From the NCBI GenBank assembly GCA_030141605.1, contig JAQGDQ010000215.1, positions 186,001 to 250,000 on the forward strand: a stretch of 64,000 nt of DNA, in the 5' to 3' direction. A program made the position numbers and the translations under genes. The notes under the pieces were generated by a model, which saw nothing but the letters and a program-made list of their open reading frames with translations, was not told the origin of the DNA and did no database searches. The stretch is from Tubiluchus corallicola. Taxonomy: Eukaryota; Animalia; Priapulida. Positions 14,707 through 25,592 of this stretch are shown one piece after another. Numbering within the stretch: the stretch's first letter is position 1; each line of letters starts with the position of its first letter.

Positions 14707-17700
14707 CATGCGTGCGTGCATGTATGCGTGTGTGCATATGTGTGTGTGAAGGTGATTTCATGTGCTAGTGTTATCATAAGTTAGCATGTGTGTGATGAAC
14801 TGCATTTGCTAAGAGTTGAATATTCCTTAAATAACAGCAAATCTTGTATACGATATACGATACGCATATCACTACATGTAGCCTAACGTACAATTACATA
14901 CCTACTACATAATTACACATAAAGCATTAAGATTTGTGTCTTCAAGGAAATGTTAGTTTTAATCATATTACTGTGTTACAGAACGCGGGCTGTGTTTGTG
15001 GAATTTACTCTTTATTCGGCAAATGTGGATTTGTTTGGAGTCGTTACTCTGATTATGGAGTTTACAGTTAGCGGAGGCGTGACGACGACATCCGACATTT
15101 GGGTAGGAAAATTTCATCGGTGGAGGGAACGGATTGACATCCTGCTTATTTGCGAGGTTTGCAATTATTCTTTTGCTTGAATGTCGACGTTTATTTGAAT
15201 TTTTTCGACACATTAGTTCACTTTAAATCAGTTGCATTTCTTAAAAAGTGTTTACTAAATTTTTCGTGACATGTTTCAGTGTAATGGCTGTTCTACATGC
15301 ACTGATTTTACTTTTTGTTTATACAGTGTGTACTTCTCAAATCGCAGTGCTACCTTTGCATAGTAAAATATCAGTATAAAAATTTTGCAGGATTTATCCG
15401 TGCACATTAGCCGGTTTGGATAATGGAAACTCAACTACTAACTGAAAAAACTTTTCTTGAAAATGGTCCGATTCCCAAAGTGCAAAATGGGCTGATAACA
15501 GTTTTACAATGTCAATTTGTAAATTAATTACAAGCTTATTTAGCATTACTTGAAGATTTAAACAGAGTTTTTAATCCTCACAAGTGTTTATTGTATTTTA
15601 GGTTGTTGTCTTTTTATTTTGGGTGTATCTTGCAACTAAATGGATTCGATCATTGAAGACCTCCAAGCTCAAATATCTCAGAAGTTTCTGGAATATCGTT
15701 GACACTGCAGTTGTCCTGCTGTCTGCTCTTAATCTTGGTTTTTATGTGTACAAAATCATACACATTACTCAGGTATATTAGTTAGTTAAAATCAGTTTCA
15801 TATTTATCTAGTCAGCTCTTGTTACAGTCAGCTAGTTGTGACTAGTGGTAAGCTGCTGGCTTATCTCGCTAATGATTGGGTGTTAGTTGGAAACTGGCTT
15901 GGGACTGTTTCATCTGGCATACCGCCCTGATTGCTCACCTCATTGGCAGAAAATGCGATGATGATATCTCTGCCATTTCACGTTCTTTTCAGAACTTTAT
16001 CCTTTATAATAAGCGTTTTCACAGTTTCGCTGTACGCGTGTGGAGTTGCTTTAGGTCAAATGTTAAGTGTACCACAGCAATGCGTCTTAATTACAACCGT
16101 CCTGTTGATGTGTGGATAAAGCAAAGTTGTGTACCGCATCGGCTTAGTAACTTCAGTTGTTTTACATGGACTTTACTTAATTATGCATTAATCTGTGTGT
16201 AGAGTGATTATAGACTCCTACTAGCTGGTTATTTCTTGGGAACGTAAAAAAATGAACTAGGTAAGGTTCCAGCTAATTCTTAAAACTGTTACTTATTGGA
16301 GTAGCTTGGGCTGCGAGGCGTTGTTAAGTGTACACAAATGCGTTGCCTGCTACACTTAACCTTTGACCTTTTCACGATCATCATCAATCACTGGAATTGT
16401 GAAAAGGCTTATTGACTACCTTCTCATCCTGCAGTAACCATCTACTACAGTAGGAGACTTGGTTAACGTTCAGTTGCATAAAAAATTTATTTTGCGCTGC
16501 TTAGTACCGACTGACCCACTGTAAATCAGCATACTAACTTTGCACAGTCACATAAAATAAAGCTTTTATCACAGTGTTATTGTGCTTATTTATATTACAA
16601 GATACTGGCAATAGTTTGAGGAGGAAGAGTTTCTGTTTGTAAGATGTACAGCGATGGACCAAGTTTTTAATTTGCATTATAAACTTTACAGACTTGGAAT
16701 TTCATGATCGCAAACCGATCTCAGTTTACCAGTTTTCGTAAGACTGCAGCATTGTGTTCCACCTGTACCAGCGTGAATGCTCTTTTACTGTTTTTCCTTA
16801 TTATAAAAGTAAGTTTCATTTGTACCTAATAGCTTATTCTCAGTTGCATAGTGTCTCTACGAAAGCATAATGTTAAAGGAAAACCGGAACCAATCTTAAA
16901 CTGTAGGTCAAGACATTCTACTCTTTAAAATATTGAAAGGAAACACACTATTTTTTTCAAAAATTACTTACATGAGAGAGTTATTACCTCACAAACACAA
17001 TTTCACGTTCATGCCACAAGTTCTTTGCTGTTACTTGCATTTCACCGTTCGCTAGTTAGATGGGCACTATTGCCTGCATTTTGGAAATGGATTGCACAAA
17101 AAACGGGTGCTGTACCTTTCAATTCGGATGTGTTCAGTTGTGATGCAGTACACACGTTCGACAGCTCATGTGTGAGCACAGCAGTAAACTTTTAGAAATT
17201 TGAATTTTTATCTTAAAACTTGCCTAGTTTTAGTTCAACTCATATCTGCTGGGTATATTTCAGAATGCCTATCACAAATTATCATCAACTGCTGTTGGTA
17301 TAAAATATACTATTGTAAGTTGAAATTTTCATAGGTGTGCTATATACTCCTCAGAACTGAAAAAATAACCATTACACTAATCTCTCCATTTTTTACTAAC
17401 ATACTAACCATAATCTTTATATATTTACAAAATTTTGATCATAAACTGTCATAATTACCTTTTTAAACAGCCCCAAATTGCCCTCTGGTTGGCCCCTATA
17501 AGCTTCCTTAGTCTCCCTTAAACATACATAATCTAATGTTGTTGTTTATGTTAATAAGTTGACATTATTGGTAATATCTATTTTACGTACTATCATTTGA
17601 AATCTGTTGTAAAAATTGCAGTTATGTTAATTCAAATAAATTGAAATTGAAATTGAAATATCCCATACAGGTGTTAGCTGTCCGTTAACTGAGTTCTTTC

Positions 17701-20700
17701 ACAAAATTGCCTACCTGCTTAATGTCTATGATCTCATTGTTTGTTACTACACATTTTTGATCTCATTTCTTTCTTGTAGATTACCAGACATCTCAAGTAT
17801 AAAAAATGGATGAGTCAATTTGGAACTTGCATTTCCTTGGCTTCTCAATACCTATTAGGCTGTTGTTTTATTTCTGTTTTGTTGCTCGTGGCTTGTGCAA
17901 GTTTTGGACATTTGGTAGGTATTTCTAACGATTTTATTTTTCAATTTTTTTATGTATATCAAACAAGTGACGTAAACATATCACTTTTACCACGAAACAA
18001 CATTAGCAATTTCAGAAAACACGATTAATGTGAGTTTTTTCATGAACAAGTAAGTTACGTATGTCTTAAAAATGAGGTAAGTTGAGTATTATGTGACAAG
18101 AAGTTGATATAAAATCATTTTAGAGACTAATGTATCGGAAAAGCTAGAACTGTTGTTCTATGGGGTGGTTTATAGTTTATTTACTGTGGTGTATGTTAAA
18201 GCAAAACCAGACCCAGAACCAATCTTAAACTGTAGGTCAAAACAATCCACTCTTTAAAATATTGAAATTAAACATAATATTTTTTATAACATAACATAAC
18301 ATAACATTATCATACAAACACAATTTCGCGTTCGCACCACTAATTCTTCGCTGTTACATGCATTTCGCCATTCGTTAGTTAGACGGGCACTAGTGCCTGC
18401 ATTTCGAACTGCAGTGCACAAAGAAAAACAGGTGCTGTACCTCTCAGTTCAGGTATGTTAGTTCGTGACGAACTGAACACGTCCTACACCTCATGCGTGA
18501 GCACAGCGGTAAATTTGAAATTTGTCTCTTAAAACTTGTCTACTTTTATTACAACACACTGAATATCTTACAGTAGCACTGTACTTCAATTTTCGCTTTC
18601 ACAAACACGTGCAACATGCTTGTGGAATATTTCTGATGTTGAAAATTATGTTAGTTTGTGACGTCATCACTAGTTGGGCCCACCCTCTGTTATTTAAATA
18701 TCAGAAGAGTTTTGCAGTATTAGTTGTTTCAAAATGTATACTTTTTATCGGACTTGAAAATGGGGTGGTATATAAAAAAATCTGTCTTCCTTTAAACAAA
18801 TATGTTTGTCTACAATGATAAGGAGCCACAAAAAGTTATAAATCAACAGATTTTTATCTCAAGGTTTTTGTGACCACGGCACGTGATTTTCGATCATTGT
18901 GGTCAAGCGTGATGGCAACTATTGGCCTGACTCGTGGAACAACAACTGTGGAAATGTCGAGCTCTGGCTTCTTTGTCTCCTCTGCATTCGTCTTCCTTCT
19001 CTTCTGTTTCACATTGATACTCATACGTGGTTTAAGTTTCGGCTGTCTGCGATTTGCGTATAAGTAAGTAGAAATTAATGATTTTATGTACGACTGTGAA
19101 TATAATGAGATTTCAGAGCTTGAAAAACATCTGTTTATCCATTAGTTTTTTTGTATACATGCTCTATTATTCATTTGCTTGTATAACTATGATATTGCTT
19201 AACGTTTGTCTTTATTCTTAGTAAGAAAGTAAGATGGTACACTCATGTCTTGGTTTGCCAGACAAAAGTGGGAAGATGCCAGTCCGAATTTAACAAATGT
19301 CTGTGTTTTCTGATACTAAGTTAATATAGTATGCTAATATAGTTGGACTCATGGTAATGTAGAATCAATCACCTAAATGCAAAAGTACATAAAAACTGTC
19401 AGCACTTGAGTGTATAACTCCGCATTATTCACTCTAAACCACTTACACGTTCGCTGATCAAACCGCTAAACACGCTGACATACAAGCTACACTCGCGTCG
19501 TGTCCATAGTGTGCAAGACATTACATCAGTAAAAGTGAGGTACGGCAAATCGAGATATGAGCGCACTTGAATAAGGGAGGAATAGCAAATGATCTGATTA
19601 CAGTAGCAAAATTTCCTGTTGAAGCTAATTAACTAAAGTTTATAGTTTTCAGTTTAGAATTGTTGGCTTTTATAGCAAAAGTTTGGCTAATATGAAAGAC
19701 ATTTTACGTACAAAGTTCAAATTGCCTAGTTTATTCAGTTGTTGATTTTTCAGGACCACAAAGGAGAGATTATTTTATGCTAATCAGCAGGACAATATTG
19801 ATTGGGAATTGGTTGATTTTGCAATGAAGCGATTCAAACTGTGGGCTGGAATCATTAAGCCTAAACCGGTATGACACTTTTGTAACATTTAAAGTTTAAA
19901 ATTTTATTGTCCATAGAATACTTTCTAATTTTTTAATAATCATTGTTTCAAACTCTGTACTTGGCCATTTTTACATATGTACAATTGTATGTTTTAGTCC
20001 CACTTGAAGAACCTTTCCACTTGCCAACTGATGATACAGTAATCTCTGTAATCGCATAGTTTTTTATGTGGGCAGTTAATCCTGTTGAGGAGTATTTGTG
20101 AAATTTCACTGATAAATTCACATCAGAAAAATTGAAGTTAAGCCTACTGGTTTAACTGTCGGTGCTGATATTAAATAAGATAAAATTGAATACTTGAAAG
20201 AGCCAGCTTCCAGGAATCACCATGCTTGTTGAGTGACGATCCTTTTGTCATAAATTGTGCAAAATGTAGAAGTTGTGTTTTATTCTTATAATGCTTACTG
20301 CTGTGGTTCTTCATTATGTAGACTTGGATTAACTCTTTACCTGTTGTGTTCTTTTTTGTTCTCATGTGTTCGGCAATTTGTTTTTACATTTCTTCCGTTA
20401 CAACATGATTTATTTTGATAAGTCAAATTCTAATCTGTTATTTTGTAGTTTCAGTTTGTGCGTTTGTATCATTCATGTATTATTTATTCTTCTTTTTGGC
20501 TTCATTTAAAGTTTAGTAATGGCTTCATTAGCCGAAACGATTGTCGCTCAATAAAGATAAAAAATCGTGAAGATAAAATTGATTTATTTTCAAAATAAAT
20601 TTGTTCAGAAAAATCCTCATCACCCCATTACCATAAGTAAGTTGCTAAGATTGCTAACCACAAAAGATTGATACACTTATGCAGTCGTATATTAATGACA

Positions 20701-22497
20701 TTATCGACCTTTCGCTTGTCTATTTTCGCACATAAGGAAAAACAATTGATTTGTTTTTCTTGGATAATCTTGCTGTGATGCTAAAGATTATTGATGCTAT
20801 AAAGTCGTTAGGCTTTTTTCACATATTTTTTTCACACATGAATGCTCAGCCAGTCAACGTAGAGCACATTGATGTTGTATTCTGGGCTCTGCTGCTTGCA
20901 TTAAGCATTGGTTAATTGTGTTTGTAGGCGAATGTCTCTACATAAAAGTGGTGCAATTAATGAGTGGTCAAGAAAAATTTCAGAAAACACTACACACGTT
21001 AAAACTCCTGTTGCTTTAAGGAAAAAAAAGTATATTACACCAAGCTTTTAATGATTAACTTTAACTTTGTATCATTTAGCAATTTTTAATCTTCATGGAA
21101 CCTGTGAGTGTCTGCTGATAAAAGTACTCATTATAAATTACTCAATAGCATTAACGATGATTTACTTTTAGGCGTTTCGCCAGGTGAAATTTACCACACA
21201 GCCTACTAAAACTATTATGGTAGAACGTCACAGTTATAGCCCCGATGTTGACGATGTTGATGCAAGTGAAGAAACAGGTAAAGGTACTGAAATGGACAGG
21301 TACCTTGAAGAAGAGATAGCTTTGTATGAAAAAAATGAACGGCTTCACTCTACGTGGAACTGTTTAGTCGAAACGTTGGAGAGCATCGAAGCTCTGGAAA
21401 GTCAAAATGATTGCCTCGCCAGCTTATTTATTGACGAAGCAGCACGACTGAAAAGTATTGCAAGAAAAACCAAACAGGATGGTAAAGTTTCTCAACCAGA
21501 TAAATTTAGCGCCAACGAAAACGAAGATATTGATATCCATGGAGACTTTGCTGAGATGAACAAGCAAAGTGCAACAAGCAAAGGAAATCTACCTTCAGCT
21601 GTAACATATAGATCGCCACTTCCTCCATTTGAGAAGCCACACAACACTGACATTAGAAATGATGAGTTTGCTGAAGATGTAGAAAGTTTTGCACATATTT
21701 CTGCAAATACTAGCCGGCAAAGTACAGCTGTATCTGAAAAGAGCAACTCAAGTGTGCATACTGTTGAGTGTTTTCTAAGCGTTGCTGAGCTCGAGGAGAG
21801 CATTTCTGTCGGAGATGACTCCAGCAGTTTAACTTCTCGAGACACTCCAGAGAGGTCGGCATCGTTATCCAGTGTTCATAATGAGTTAGCAGTTAATGAC
21901 AAAAGCATTGAAGACTTGGAGTTGAGTAGATCGTGGCAGTTTGGCGTGCCTGCAGGTGACGTGGCAGTGTCTGAGTCGGACGTCTCCAAGAAGCCAGAAG
22001 AAACTCCGACTCCGATCAGCAAGGCTTCCTTGGACGATGATGATTCAGAGAATCCTCAATCTAATTTAAGATTCGTAGAAAAATCAAGATTGGTGCGGTC
22101 TACACCACACCTGGAGGCAGACACGCTGCAGAACACCAACCTTTCAAATAGTTTCTCTTCTGTTATTGCTGAGAATTCTCATCCTAACAACAAACAAAAA
22201 GAACCTGTACCTCTAGCAGTGAGCCGCTTTTCCCTTGTGAAAAAGTTCCGTAATCAGAGTGCTAATAATGCCGATCAACTTCGCGTTTGGCCCGAGGCAG
22301 CATCGGCGAATGTAGAACGACCGAAGAGCGAGTACAGTTCCAGAAGTAAGCAACGATTTGCTCTAAACACTCCTGCCAATATTTCAACTTTACGAACCAA
22401 TGCTTGGACTGATTCCGGCAATTCAATATTGAAACAGTTGAATTTTAAAAACCCTTTTGGTGTGAGAGGTAATGAACATAAACCATTGCAAAAGTAG
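525..22497 (+). CDS. PKD1: Polycystin-1-like gene, 3' part (22 exons, 5' end upstream of the window)
   Basis: Manually spliced exons keep one frame with GT-AG boundaries. Peptides resemble human PC1 as remembered: RLKPVSGFALEKAKRESRRLRHLH (cf. RVRPPHGFALFLAKEEARKVKRLH), NNWIDNKTRAVFVEFTLY, and DWELVDFAMKRFKLWAG...FRQVKF (cf. DYEMVELFLRRLRLWMG...FRHKVRF). PKD1 proper versus a PKD1-like paralogue needs a phylogeny. Confidence 0.9.
1421..1534 (+). CDS. PKD1: PKD1 exon: PIKKKSPVPERTCTAQSLEIDASCDVNDSSPKSGVRSW
   Basis: tag|CCA...TGG|gtaag, phase 0-0; QSLEID resembles PC1 QVLDID. Confidence 0.8.
1571..2272. mobile_element. Degenerate TIR element (MITE-like)
   Basis: gctccatg...tgatacgtaatccgtaatg near 1575-1617 is an imperfect inverted copy of cattacggatcacgcatca...catggagc near 2226-2267. 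Confidence 0.45.
3498..3608 (+). CDS. PKD1: PKD1 loop exon: IPRLRRAMAVRHLEWSFDSKRDEASPQEVDTDSHARE
   Basis: tag|ATA...GAG|gttag, 111 nt, open frame, phase-compatible; no homology support. Confidence 0.65.
3726..3906 (+). CDS. PKD1: PKD1 loop exon: VIKCEEL...RPSSAHPR...ADSWDDDDDGDSCT
   Basis: tag|GTC...ACAG|gtatg, phase 0-1; shares motifs with the exon at 6525. Confidence 0.8.
4114..4701. mobile_element. hAT-like MITE
   Basis: TIRs cagaggcatagaaa / ttgctacaccactg; 8-bp TSD agtgcatt/agcgcatt (7/8). Confidence 0.7.
4730..5353. repeat. 37-bp minisatellite, about 17 copies
   Basis: Unit cttagttacattcatgcaaaacaacaagttgtgcaat. Confidence 0.95.
5445..5727 (+). CDS. PKD1: PKD1 loop exon: GRPHTGYKRRR...RISIAVNRFR
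   Basis: cag|GT...TTTAG|gtatg, phase 1-2; inside ORF 5429-5773. Confidence 0.8.
6525..6953 (+). CDS. PKD1: PKD1 loop exon: NGSKKSNIIRPSTARPATSA...RPQSAHPKR
   Basis: cag|A...AG|gtagg, phase 2-2, 429 nt; inside ORF 6475-6957. Confidence 0.85.
7875..8051 (+). CDS. PKD1: PKD1 loop exon: RGKSATERESLDSWSD...PAKLRDW
   Basis: tag|G...TG|gtaat, phase 2-2. Confidence 0.8.
8419..8573 (+). CDS. PKD1: PKD1 loop exon: NLDDDLGIIDTD...ADFDWSES
   Basis: cag|G...TCAG|gtatg, phase 2-1. Confidence 0.8.
8664..9362. mobile_element. hAT-like MITE with a triplicated 49-bp left end
   Basis: cagggccgtc at 8664, 8713 and 8762; inverted end gaaacggccttg at 9351-9362; TSD not clear. Confidence 0.55.
9466..9600 (+). 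CDS. PKD1: PKD1 loop exon: GDDEICAKEEKVFSNH...CKIQNCN
   Basis: cag|GT...AACG|gtaag, phase 1-1. Confidence 0.8.
9592..9817. repeat. 78-bp tandem repeat (about 3 copies) containing the PKD1 exon donor site
   Basis: actgtaacg|gtaagatc with GT at 9601, 9679 and 9757. Confidence 0.95.
9942..10165 (+). CDS. PKD1: PKD1 exon (TM4-TM5): ...LPHWCIYVAYFLCLVVCGFSAIFILLYGQSFGRDGAIKWLIAVLVSFAESLFIVEPMK
   Basis: cag|AT...AAG|gtaag; hallmark LPxWC...LYG.F...WL...SF..S.F..EP.K|V. Confidence 0.95.
10632..10748 (+). CDS. PKD1: PKD1 exon: VIALALYISLIAKPTKDEDE...NTGNV
   Basis: tag|GTT...GTG|gtata (weak donor), phase 0-0; resembles PC1 ALYFSLVAKR..PDEDD. Confidence 0.85.
11588..11743. repeat. Compound microsatellite (AAT)n/(GACAAT)n/(GGTAAT)n
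   Basis: Read directly from the sequence. Confidence 0.95.
11872..12131 (+). CDS. PKD1: PKD1 exon (TM6/S1): QQSRLKPVSGFALEKAKRE...FRTIKR
   Basis: tag|CAA...AG|gtatt, phase 0-2; GFAL..AK motif. Confidence 0.93.
12175..12871. mobile_element. pogo/Tigger-like (Tc1-mariner) MITE
   Basis: TIR cactaagtccttgcttaacgac / gtcgttaagcgaggacataatg, followed by TA. Confidence 0.65.
12964..13088 (+). CDS. PKD1: PKD1 exon (TOP domain): AEGFWEWSELVLIPWL...LGSIRVKVNRVIR
   Basis: tag|G...CGAG|gtatg; polycystin FW.W...L.P and LG..R....RV motifs. Confidence 0.9.
13214..13491. mobile_element. pogo/Tigger-like MITE, degenerate
   Basis: ta|caggt...gacttatgac versus gtcataagtcaatgactacctg. Confidence 0.5.
13726..13867 (+). 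CDS. PKD1: PKD1 exon (TOP domain): DCDFVNDNLHLGTCRRELEDTNDYHLDW...AWLY
   Basis: cag|AC...AG|gtact, phase 1-2; D..DY...W motif. Confidence 0.88.
13982..14113 (+). CDS. PKD1: PKD1 exon (TOP domain): GEYRGETGLFSGGGYVEEF...LKQNNWIDN
   Basis: tag|T...AA|gtgag; GGGYV and L...NWID motifs. Confidence 0.93.
14263..14750. repeat. (TG)n/(TGCG)n microsatellite interrupted by a MITE
   Basis: TG-type repeats on both sides of 14371-14676. Confidence 0.9.
14371..14676. mobile_element. hAT-like MITE
   Basis: 14-bp TIR cagggctggtgctc / gagtacgagccctg; subterminal tcctata repeats. Confidence 0.7.
14982..15156 (+). CDS. PKD1: PKD1 exon: TRAVFVEFTLYSANVDLFGVVTLIMEFTVSGG...LLICE
   Basis: cag|A...GAG|gtttg; canonical polycystin channel signature. 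Confidence 0.95.
15602..15772 (+). CDS. PKD1: PKD1 exon (S2-S3): VVVFLFWVY...KYLRSFWNIVD...HITQ
   Basis: tag|GTT...CAG|gtata, phase 0-0; Y..S.WN..D motif. Confidence 0.92.
16692..16808 (+). CDS. PKD1: PKD1 exon (S4): TWNFMIANRSQFTSFRKTA...ALLLFFLIIK
   Basis: cag|ACT...AAA|gtaag; FTSF motif as in PC1. Confidence 0.92.
16877..17240 (+). mobile_element. Kolobok-like non-autonomous element, family A, left half
   Basis: ttaa|aggaaaaccggaaccaatcttaaactgtagg...; homologous to 18200 and 56567. Confidence 0.8.
17780..17914 (+). CDS. PKD1: PKD1 exon (S4-S5): ITRHLKYKKWMSQFGTCI...ASFGHL
   Basis: tag|ATT...TTG|gtagg, phase 0-0. Confidence 0.9.
18200..18791 (+). mobile_element. Kolobok-like non-autonomous element, family A, full length
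   Basis: TTAA|AGCAAAACC...GTCTTCCT|TTAA; a TTAA TSD with AG...CT termini is Kolobok-like (piggyBac starts CC). Confidence 0.82.
18864..19063 (+). CDS. PKD1: PKD1 exon (pore region/S6): VFVTTARDFRSLWSS...GCLRFAYK
   Basis: aag|GTT...AA|gtaag, phase 0-2. Confidence 0.88.
19754..19868 (+). CDS. PKD1: PKD1 exon (proximal C-tail): TTKERLFYANQQDNIDWELVDFAMKRFKLWAGIIKPKP
   Basis: cag|G...CCG|gtatg; matches the PC1 membrane-proximal DYEMVELFLRRLRLWMG segment. Confidence 0.92.
21172..22497 (+). CDS. PKD1: PKD1 terminal exon, 441 aa + stop: AFRQVKF..., probable coiled coil, then a Ser/Glu-rich disordered tail
   Basis: tag|GCG in frame with ORF 21184-22497; FRQVKF resembles FRHKVRF. Confidence 0.88.
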   Translation, partial: AFRQVKFTTQPTKTIMVERHSYSPDVDDVDASEETGKGTEMDRYLEEEIALYEKNERLHSTWNCLVETLESIEALESQNDCLASLFIDEAARLKSIARKTKQDGKVSQPDKFSANENEDIDIHGDFAEMNKQSATSKGNLPSAVTYRSPLPPFEKPHNTDIRNDEFAEDVESFAHISANTSRQSTAVSEKSNSSVHTVECFLSVAELEESISVGDDSSSLTSRDTPERSASLSSVHNELAVNDKSIEDLELSRSWQFGVPAGDVAVSESDVSKKPEETPTPISKASLDDDDSENPQSNLRFVEKSRLVRSTPHLEADTLQNTNLSNSFSSVIAENSHPNNKQKEPVPLAVSRFSLVKKFRNQSANNADQLRVWPEAASANVERPKSEYSSRSKQRFALNTPANISTLRTNAWTDSGNSILKQLNFKNPFGVRGNEHKPLQK

Positions 22498-23375
22498 ATT
22501 GTTACATATATAAAGAGTTTAAACCATGCTGAACCAAATAATTGTTATTTGCTAATTATGTGTATATTTTTTAATTGTATAATATTGTATACTACATTTT
22601 ATGGATCAAAATAGTGCAATATTTTAAATATGATGTTCTTTTGCCTAAGAAGAAGTTTTTCAAGATGTGCATTTTAAACTCGTAATTGTTTTGTTTAATA
22701 TCGTCAATTATATATAAGTTGTAACATGTAGATAATTCTTATTACAAAGTATCTTATCCTTTATATTCGACTGCTAACATTTAACTTAGGTTGTCTAAGC
22801 TAGCTTTAATGAATAAGGCAATTTCATTACCTGCGTTGTGTTTTATAATCCAATGCACCTATTACAGAAATTCGTCGTACAAAGCAAATTAATGGATTTC
22901 ATTTGCTGTTTTTATTGTAGGATTGTTCATTGGGGTTATTTTTGCTGTGTGGAACAGTTATAAAAGTCTTGGGCTATTTTTCTTTAATTGTGGAATACTT
23001 CATCTTTGATACCTTTTTATTTTTTTTTAATTTACATGTTTGAGCATTTAGGTGATTTCTGTTCTAGGATTTTATACTATGTACTATGTATTTTACTATG
23101 TACATTTTTTGCATATGTTTCAATTGGCACTAAATTTTTTGTAGAGTTCATTCACTATAAGAACTTGGGTGATTTCAGTTGTTTTTGAAAGCCAGTGTGA
23201 CTTGGCCTGCATTTTTAAAGTTCGTCTTGTCACCATTATGTAATTTTAGCTATTTCTGTGATATGCGACATTGTGTCATTGTAAATATGTAATGAATTTG
23301 ACAATATTGACATGCCGTCATTTGCATAGCGCTATGAATGATTGTTGTACATGTATTTAGCCTAGTGTAAAATGC

Positions 23376-25592
23376 AGTTTTCTTTACCTTAATCTAGTGT
23401 AAAATGCAGTTTTCTTTACCTTAATCTAGTGTAAAATATAGTTTTCTTTACTTTAATCTAGTGTAAAATGCTGTTTCCGTTACTTTAGCCTGGTGTAAAA
23501 TGCTGTTTCCGTTCCTTTAGTCTGGTGTAAAATGCTGTTTCCGTTACTTTAGTCTGGTGTAAAATGCTGTTTCCATTACTTTAGTCTGGTGTAAAATGCT
23601 GTTTCCGTTACTTTAGTCCAGTGTAAAATGCTGTTTCCGTTACTTTAGTCTGGTGTAAAATGCTGTTTCCGTTCCTTTAGTCTGGTATAAAATGCTGTTT
23701 CCGTTACTTTAGCCTGGTGTAAAATGCTGTTTCCGTTCCTTTAGTCTGGTGTAAAATGCTGTTTCCGTTACTTTAGTCTGGTGTAAAATGCTGTTTCCGT
23801 TACTTTAGTCTGGTGTAAAATGCTGTTTCCGTTACTTTAGCCTGGTGTAAAATGCTGTTTCCGTAACTTTAGTCTAGTTTAAAATGCTGTTTCCGTTACT
23901 TTTAGCCTGGTGTAAAATGCTGTTTCCGTTGCTTTAGTCTAATGTAAAATGCTGTTTCCTTTACTTTAGTCTAATGTAAAATGCTGTTTCCGTTACTTTA
24001 GCCTGGTGTAAAATGCTGTTTCTGTTAGTCTGGTGTAAAATGCTGTTTCCGTTGCTTTAGTCTAATGTAAAATGCTGTTTCCATTACTTTAGTCTAATGT
24101 AAAATGCTGTTTCCGTTACTTTAGTCTGGTGTGAAATACTGTTTCTGTTACTTTAGTCCAGTGTAAAATGCTGCTTCCGTTACTTTAGTCCAGTGTAAAA
24201 TGCTGTTTCCGTTACTTTAGTCCAGTGTAAAATGCTGTTTCCGTTACTTTAGTCTGGTGTAAAATGCTGTTTCCGTTACTTTAGTCCAGTGTAAAATGCT
24301 GTTTCTGTTACTTTAGTCCAGTGTAAAATGCTGTTTCCGTTACTTTAGTCCAGTGTAAAATGCTGTTTCCGTTACTTTAGTCTGGTGTAAAATGCTGTTT
24401 CCGTTACATTAGTCTGGTGTAAAATGCTGTTTCCGTTACTTTAGTCTAGTGTAAAATGCTGTTTCCGTTACTTTAGTCTAGTGTAAAATGCTGTTTCCAT
24501 TACTATAATCTAGTGTAAAATGCTGTTTCCGTTACTTTAGTCTGGTGTAAAATGCTGTTTCCGTTACTTTAGTCTGGTGTAAAATGCTGTTTCCGTTACT
24601 TTAGTCTGGTGTAAAATGCTGTTTCCGTTACTTTAGTCTGGTGTAAAATGCTGTTTCCGTTACTTTTGTCTGGTGTAAAATGCTGTTTCCATTACTTTAG
24701 TCCAGTGTAAAATGCTGTTTCCGTTACTTTAGTCTGGTGTAAAATGCTGTTTCCGTTACTTTAGTCTGGTGTAAAATGCTGTTTCCGTTACTTTAGTCTG
24801 GTGTAAAATGCTGTTTCTGTTACTTTAGTCCAGTGTAAAATGCTGTTTCCGTTACTTTAGTCTGGTGTAAAATGCTGTTTCCATTACTTTAGTCTGGTGT
24901 AAAATGTTGTTTCCGTTACTTTAGTCTGGTGTAAAATGCTGTTTCCGTTACTTTAGTCTGTTGTAAAATGCTGTTTCCGTTACTTTAGTCTGGTGTAAAA
25001 TGCTGTTTCTGTTACTTTAGTCCAGTGTAAAATGCTGTTTCCGTTACTTTAGTCTAGTGTAAAATGCTGTTTCCATTACTTTAGTCTGGTGTAAAATGTT
25101 GTTTCCGTTACTTTAGTCTGGTGTAAAATGCTGTTTCCGTTACTTTAGTCTGGTGTAAAATGCTGTTTGCGTTACTTTAGTCCAGTGTAAAATGCTGTTT
25201 CCGTTACTTTAGTCTGGTGTAAAATGTTGTTTCCGTTACTTTAGTCCAGTGTAAAATGCTGTTTCCGTTACTTTAGTCTGGTGTAAAATGCTGTTTCCGT
25301 TACTTTAGTCTGGTGTAAAATGCTGTTTCTGTTACTTTAGTCCAGTGTAAAATGCTGTTTCCGTTACTTTAGTCTGGTGTAAAATGCTGTTTCCGTTACT
25401 TTAGTCTGATGTAAAATGCTGTTTCTGTTACTTTAGTCTGATGTAAAATGCTGTTTCTGTTACTTTAGTCTGGTGTAAAATGCTGTTTCCGTTACTTTAG
25501 TCTGGTGTAAAATGCTGTTTCCGTTACTTTAGTCTGGTGTAAAATGCTGTTTCCGTTACTTTAGTCTGGTGTAAAATGCTGTTTTTGTTACT
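23376..25592. repeat. 32-bp satellite, about 69 copies
   Basis: Unit tctggtgtaaaatgctgtttccgttactttag, no spacers. Confidence 0.97.

Noticed and set aside
21492-21845. 117-aa antisense ORF in the PKD1 last exon
   Set aside because: A typical shadow ORF opposite a coding exon, with no recognisable motif.
23376-25592. 32-bp repeat as a CRISPR array
   Set aside because: Units are head-to-tail with no unique spacers, there are no cas genes, and the context is eukaryotic.
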